IMG/VR virus record: IMGVR_UViG_3300042516_004060
Source: an uncultured virus (IMG/VR IMGVR_UViG_3300042516_004060)
Taxonomy: Duplodnaviria > Heunggongvirae > Uroviricota > Caudoviricetes
DNA: 20,000 nt
Reading direction: 5' to 3' (one strand)
Positions 15,989 through 20,000 of this stretch are shown here, piece by piece. Positions within the stretch are counted from its first letter, which is position 1, and each line of letters opens with the position of its first letter. The position numbers were made by a program, and so were the translations under genes. Below the pieces are notes generated by a model that saw only the letters and a list, made by a program, of their open reading frames with translations, was not told the DNA's origin and ran no database searches.

Positions 15989-16633
15989 ATGCCCAAGAAA
16001 AGCTGGGACGAATCATTAGATGATAATGAGTTTCTTATAGATCTATTATTTGAAACTAAAATGTCCTTATCACAAATAGCAAAAGAATCTGGGCTATCGA
16101 TCAATGAGCTTAACAAAAGAATAAACTCTTTGGGGCTTTCATGGCTTAAAGAACATCATAAAAAGATGTCGAGAGGTCAAGCAGCATTAACTAGCATAAT
16201 GCAGAAGCTTCTTCCTGGAGAAAAAATTGTTAATGAATTTCATATAGGTGAACGATTAAAATTAGATGTCTACTGCCCAAAGTATAATCTTGCAGCAGAG
16301 TATCATGGAAGACAGCATTTCTATTATACGCAAAGATTTTTTGAGTCTAAATATGAGTTTGAGCAAGCTCAAAAAAGAGATGAAAGAAAAATGGAATTAT
16401 GCAAACAGCATGGTATTGCCCTTATTGTTTTTAGATATAATGATTTACTAACTGAGCAATCAGTTTATGATAGAATGCTAGATGCAATTCGCAATTCTGA
16501 TTTAGAATCTATTGATAATGAAAAAAAGTCTATTAAAAATAATCCTTTTTATATAAAAGCCAAAAAGGCTAACTCAGAAAGACGAAAGCAGTATTACAAA
16601 AAAATGAAAGACAATAAAAAGAAAAATGGATGA
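15989..16633 (+). CDS. N-terminal HTH plus Vsr/DUF559-like endonuclease domain
   Basis: MSLSQIAKESGLSINELNKRINSLGL (HTH-like). LKLDVYCPKYNLAAEYHGRQH...RDERK..LC..HGI.LIVFRY. Lys-rich tail. Confidence 0.75.
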   Translation: MPKKSWDESLDDNEFLIDLLFETKMSLSQIAKESGLSINELNKRINSLGLSWLKEHHKKMSRGQAALTSIMQKLLPGEKIVNEFHIGERLKLDVYCPKYNLAAEYHGRQHFYYTQRFFESKYEFEQAQKRDERKMELCKQHGIALIVFRYNDLLTEQSVYDRMLDAIRNSDLESIDNEKKSIKNNPFYIKAKKANSERRKQYYKKMKDNKKKNG

Positions 16634-18098
16634 ATCAGTAGAGCCTCAAAAAACTGAAGAATACCCAATTGAATATCAAGTTTTTGCATTGTCGATGAGA
16701 ACGCCAGGGGCTATAGGATTCTTTGAATCCAATCTTCCTGAGTCTATAGTTGGCTCAATACATGGGCAAACTGGTATTAATGAATTTTATAGAGCATTAA
16801 TATCTTATTATCATACTACAAAATTGGATACAGTAGATGCAGTGGCTTTTAGGATATGGTTAGAATCAGAAACTGATATATACTCAGCTTTGGGTGGCGT
16901 AGCTGGGGTTGACACAATGATGGATATTCTTATGTCTATCGATCTATCAACTGTAGAATCAGTTGTTAATATAATTAAATATAAAGCCAACAAGAGAAAA
17001 CAGCTTGATTATTTACAAGAGCTTCAAATACTGTTAACTCAAAAAGGTGAAAAAACCGATAAAGATGTAATGAGAATTTCTGAGATAACTTCAGAAATTA
17101 AAGATCTTGAAACAGAATTAAATTATAATCCTTTAGATAATGTTACAACTGCTTTCGACATATCAAAAAGAGCAGACAATTTATTAGACATACCAAACTT
17201 TTTGCCTACGCAGTATAAGTCCTTAAATAGAGCAATGGGCTACACAGATCAAGGTGGATTCTTCAAAGGTGCTGTGCATGCAATCATCGCTCCATCTGGT
17301 AAGGGTAAGAGTACCTTTGCAAAATGCTTGGTTAATCACTGGGCTGACACTGGATACAAGGTCTTGTTCGTAAACTTTGAAGAAGCAGTTACGCACTGGG
17401 AAAGAGTTTTGATGACGCAAATCATTGGGAAGAATGTATATGCAGAAGCAAGAACTTGGACGGAAGAGCAAAAAGAAAAAAATCTTAAAGTATTTAAGGA
17501 TAGATTATCAGAGTGGGGCGACAGATTCATGGTTAGACATGATCCAGATACTCCCTATTTTGAAGATCTAGAAAGATGGCTTAGAGACATTATGGGCCAT
17601 GCAGACTCTATCCCAGACGTTGTAGTTATAGATACTATTCAATCTATGTTTACTAGGGGGGCAGGAAAAGGTAAGCCTAGATGGGGAGAGTTCGAAGAGA
17701 TGATGGTCAGACTTGAAAAGTTAGCTAGAGATATGAACTGCGTTTTGATTATTACTGCCCAAGAAAACGCTAATAGAATGAAAGAAAGAAGAGAAGTAGT
17801 TCAACAGTCAGATACTGGAGGATCACTTGCTATTCAGCAAAAATGTGCGGTCACTATTTTCATTACCGAGAAAAAATTAATTAGTGGTGACGACTCAGAA
17901 GACGAAACAATCATGCAGCTTCAAATACCAAAGAATCGCATAACTGGTTCCACTTTTGTTTATGACTCTCCTTTAGTTAGGTATGTAGATGAGAAAAAAA
18001 CATATGAAGAATATGAGCCAATCACAAACGACTCATACACCTCAGTAGAAGGTCAGTCTTACATAGATGAAATAGCAGAATCTATGTCAATAATCTAG
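16626..18098 (+). CDS. DnaB-like (SF4) replicative DNA helicase
   Basis: Walker A APSGKGKST, H1a FVNFEE, Walker B VVVIDTIQ, H3 LARDMNCVLIITAQ, H4 SDTGGS.AIQQ, KNR arginine finger. Confidence 0.9.
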   Translation: MDESVEPQKTEEYPIEYQVFALSMRTPGAIGFFESNLPESIVGSIHGQTGINEFYRALISYYHTTKLDTVDAVAFRIWLESETDIYSALGGVAGVDTMMDILMSIDLSTVESVVNIIKYKANKRKQLDYLQELQILLTQKGEKTDKDVMRISEITSEIKDLETELNYNPLDNVTTAFDISKRADNLLDIPNFLPTQYKSLNRAMGYTDQGGFFKGAVHAIIAPSGKGKSTFAKCLVNHWADTGYKVLFVNFEEAVTHWERVLMTQIIGKNVYAEARTWTEEQKEKNLKVFKDRLSEWGDRFMVRHDPDTPYFEDLERWLRDIMGHADSIPDVVVIDTIQSMFTRGAGKGKPRWGEFEEMMVRLEKLARDMNCVLIITAQENANRMKERREVVQQSDTGGSLAIQQKCAVTIFITEKKLISGDDSEDETIMQLQIPKNRITGSTFVYDSPLVRYVDEKKTYEEYEPITNDSYTSVEGQSYIDEIAESMSII

Positions 18099-18105
18099 GA
18101 GAATA

Positions 18106-18909
18106 ATGAAAAAAATTACAGTTAAAGAAATAAAAGATTTTCAAACATGCGAAAGATTGTATGATTTTAGACATAATCAAAATCTTCCTGAAACAATCGG
18201 TGGAAGACATTTAATAACTCAAAGATTTGAAAATACAATGAAAAACGTAGTACAGTTTTTCTTTTACAAAAAACAATCTGGAGTCATTGCATCATATTCA
18301 TCTCTATTAAATAGATGGCAAAAACTATGGTATCCTAAAGACACCACGGCTTATGACATAATACATGAGCAGCATGAGAGTCTATACGGCAACATGTCTA
18401 GCTTAACGACCAAGGCTGCTGGAGCATTGCTTAACCTCGTTGAGTATTATTCAGATCCAGAAATTATTCCAATGGGAATAGATAATAGTTTTATCGTACC
18501 TATTAATAAATCTTTATACATAGAGGACTCTTTTGATCTTATATATAGTTTGAATAAGAATATTCATGTTGTTAAGTGGGTATTTAATTACAAGCTTAAA
18601 AATGAGTTTATGCACGTTGCAGATTTTGCTGTAATGCACAAAGGATTTGAACACTCTTATGGGCAAAAAGTAAACAATGCAAAGTTTGGATACTATGATT
18701 TAATTCATTCTAAACCTGAGTTTGTAGAGTATGAAATAAATAGTGAAGATTTAGATGCCCTCAAGTATTGGAGTAATTCAATAGAAGAAGAGAAAATATT
18801 CCCCTCAAGAAGAGGAGTTACGACCTACTGCAAGCAGTGTCCATATGATAAACAATGCGCAAAATGGGATAGATGGTTTAAAAAAGAAATGAGCAATAAT
18901 GAAAGATGA
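18106..18909 (+). CDS. Cas4/RecB/AddB-like PD-(D/E)xK-fold protein with four Fe-S cysteines; catalytic motif appears degenerate
   Basis: IKDFQTCERLY (C15) and terminal CKQCPYDKQC (C242, C245, C251). The core reads EDSFDLI...VVKWVFN instead of G.ID.I...I(I/V)D(Y/W)KT. Confidence 0.75.
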   Translation: MKKITVKEIKDFQTCERLYDFRHNQNLPETIGGRHLITQRFENTMKNVVQFFFYKKQSGVIASYSSLLNRWQKLWYPKDTTAYDIIHEQHESLYGNMSSLTTKAAGALLNLVEYYSDPEIIPMGIDNSFIVPINKSLYIEDSFDLIYSLNKNIHVVKWVFNYKLKNEFMHVADFAVMHKGFEHSYGQKVNNAKFGYYDLIHSKPEFVEYEINSEDLDALKYWSNSIEEEKIFPSRRGVTTYCKQCPYDKQCAKWDRWFKKEMSNNER

Positions 18910-19564
18910 TATATTAGACGAAATACTGTCAGCAAAAAAGGAAATATCTTTTATTAAAGAAGAAGATAAAATATTAGAACCTTTATTAAAAGAAATTAAT
19001 CTTATTAAAGATGAATCAATAAAGTCTTTTGTTAGATCAGTGCTTTTAAGAGCAAATTCTTTTTGGAAGATACCATCTAGTTTCTCTGGAAAATATCATC
19101 CAATAGATGAGCATAATGAGGGCGGAAATGTCCTACATACAAAGAGGGTTGTAAGAGCCGCAAATGTGATGTGTGACTCACACACTCTTGCGGATGACGA
19201 TAGAGACATTGTTTTAGCAGCATGCCTTCTTCACGACCTAACAAAGGGAATGGACGTTGAAAAAGAATTGTTTCAGTATGATCCAATGCACCCCTATACT
19301 GTTGGACCATTTGTGAAAAGATGTCAAGACTATGACAAAAACTACGCATCAGAAAATCAATCTTCTACAATTTATCTTGCAGAAGAAGTCGTTCAGTCTA
19401 TTCTTAGATTAGTTAGATGCCATCTAGGTCCATGGTCACCAGTGCCGGAAACAAATCCAATAACTTATCTTGACATGATTGTTCATTTAGCAGATAATAT
19501 AGCCTCAAAGGTTCATTATGTTGTTGACGGAGATGATGTAATCAAAGAAAGATGGATGTTTTAA
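18899..19564 (+). CDS. HD-domain phosphohydrolase (YhaM/Cbf1-like HD pattern)
   Basis: PSS.SGKYHP, GGNVLHT, ACLLHDLTKG, RCHLGPW, VHLADNIAS. Confidence 0.88.
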   Translation: MKDDILDEILSAKKEISFIKEEDKILEPLLKEINLIKDESIKSFVRSVLLRANSFWKIPSSFSGKYHPIDEHNEGGNVLHTKRVVRAANVMCDSHTLADDDRDIVLAACLLHDLTKGMDVEKELFQYDPMHPYTVGPFVKRCQDYDKNYASENQSSTIYLAEEVVQSILRLVRCHLGPWSPVPETNPITYLDMIVHLADNIASKVHYVVDGDDVIKERWMF

Positions 19565-19565
19565 T

Positions 19566-19742
19566 TTGGAAGTAGAAAACAGACTAGAAAAAAGATTTCT
19601 AGTATTACAAAAATTAGACTATTATATTACTGAGTCTGTTTATTATAGAACTCATAAGGAAGATGTAGATTTATCTAATCCAATCTACTTATGGACCTAC
19701 GATGAAGAAGATGGTATCATAGATCTCTATGAAAATATCTGA
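19566..19742 (+). CDS. Small hypothetical protein (58 aa, TTG start); not in the ORF track
   Basis: MEVENRLEKRFLVLQKLDYYITESVYYRTHKEDVDLSNPIYLWTYDEEDGIIDLYENI*. Fills the gap between the HD gene and the primase. Confidence 0.55.
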   Translation: MEVENRLEKRFLVLQKLDYYITESVYYRTHKEDVDLSNPIYLWTYDEEDGIIDLYENI

Positions 19743-20000
19743 AGATAACAAATACATATCCCAATGGAAGTATTACGAAGTTGCTAGATATGTTCCATCT
19801 TTATCTAGAGTAATACGAGATAAACAAAATGGAAACCCAATGATGCTTAGCGTGGATGAGGTATCTGAATACAGTTATAAGAATAATAACACTGGAATAT
19901 ATACTTCTGTTTTTGCTTATAAAGATAAAAGTATATCTGAATCTCAAAAATTAGGGCCACTATACTTTGACTTAGACAGTTCAGATATGTCTATAGCAAG
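19729..20000 (+). CDS. Archaeo-eukaryotic primase (AEP) superfamily protein, 3'-truncated; not in the ORF track
   Basis: ATG 19729 is open to the window end: MKISEDNKYISQWKYYEVARYVP...TGIYTSVFAY...LGPLYFDLDSSD. IYTSVF.Y plus hhhDhD (LYFDLD) matches AEP motif I. Located in the helicase block. Confidence 0.72.
   Translation, partial: MKISEDNKYISQWKYYEVARYVPSLSRVIRDKQNGNPMMLSVDEVSEYSYKNNNTGIYTSVFAYKDKSISESQKLGPLYFDLDSSDMSIA

Noticed and set aside
424..17530. All minus-strand ORFs in the track (424-609, 2115-2300, 4151-4336, 5800-5994, 8046-8243, 12560-12772, 13089-13295, 14656-14886, 15822-16016, 16811-16993, 17223-17471, 17336-17530)
   Set aside because: Short (60-82 aa), antisense to well-supported + strand genes and without motifs. 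These are shadow ORFs.
18106..18909. CRISPR-Cas locus suggested by the Cas4-like gene
   Set aside because: No repeat-spacer array and no other cas genes. Intergenic gaps are too short for an array.
9455..19349. Alternate-frame + strand ORFs (9455-9688, 9722-9925, 12997-13185, 16266-16451, 19077-19349)
   Set aside because: Fully nested in intact genes with recognisable motifs, so there is no sign of frameshifting or overprinting.
1..20000. Stop-codon reassignment (alternative genetic code)
   Set aside because: TAA, TAG and TGA all end genes right at the next start, and coding density is already near complete under code 11.

Overview
AT-rich, gene-dense window with every credible gene on the + strand. 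It is best read as part of a large dsDNA tailed phage genome using the standard genetic code. An actinobacterial host is tentatively inferred from gene families. Four blocks are visible. (1) 1-7333: a probable virion/structural block. It holds three large, mutually related beta-rich proteins, a small related gene split by a single-base frameshift at ~4891, a Gly/Tyr-rich repeat protein and a small membrane protein, and is closed by a terminator. (2) 7479-11928: dNTP supply, with a monomeric B12-dependent class II RNR (nrdJ), a ThyX with a non-canonical motif and a dCMP deaminase. (3) 12378-15981: an accessory cluster of two GT2 glycosyltransferases, an SNase-like nuclease, a pyrimidine-dimer glycosylase-like protein, a nucleoside 2-deoxyribosyltransferase-like protein and a degenerate GT-D-fold-like protein. 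This is a candidate DNA-hypermodification or virion-glycosylation system. (4) 15989-20000: a replication block with an HTH/Vsr-like endonuclease, DnaB-like helicase, apparently dead Cas4/RecB-like Fe-S protein, HD-domain protein and the start of an AEP primase. Three genes missing from the ORF track were found by hand (11300-11461, 19566-19742, 19729->20000), plus a 5' extension of the first ORF. All family calls come from motif recognition; no database search was run.
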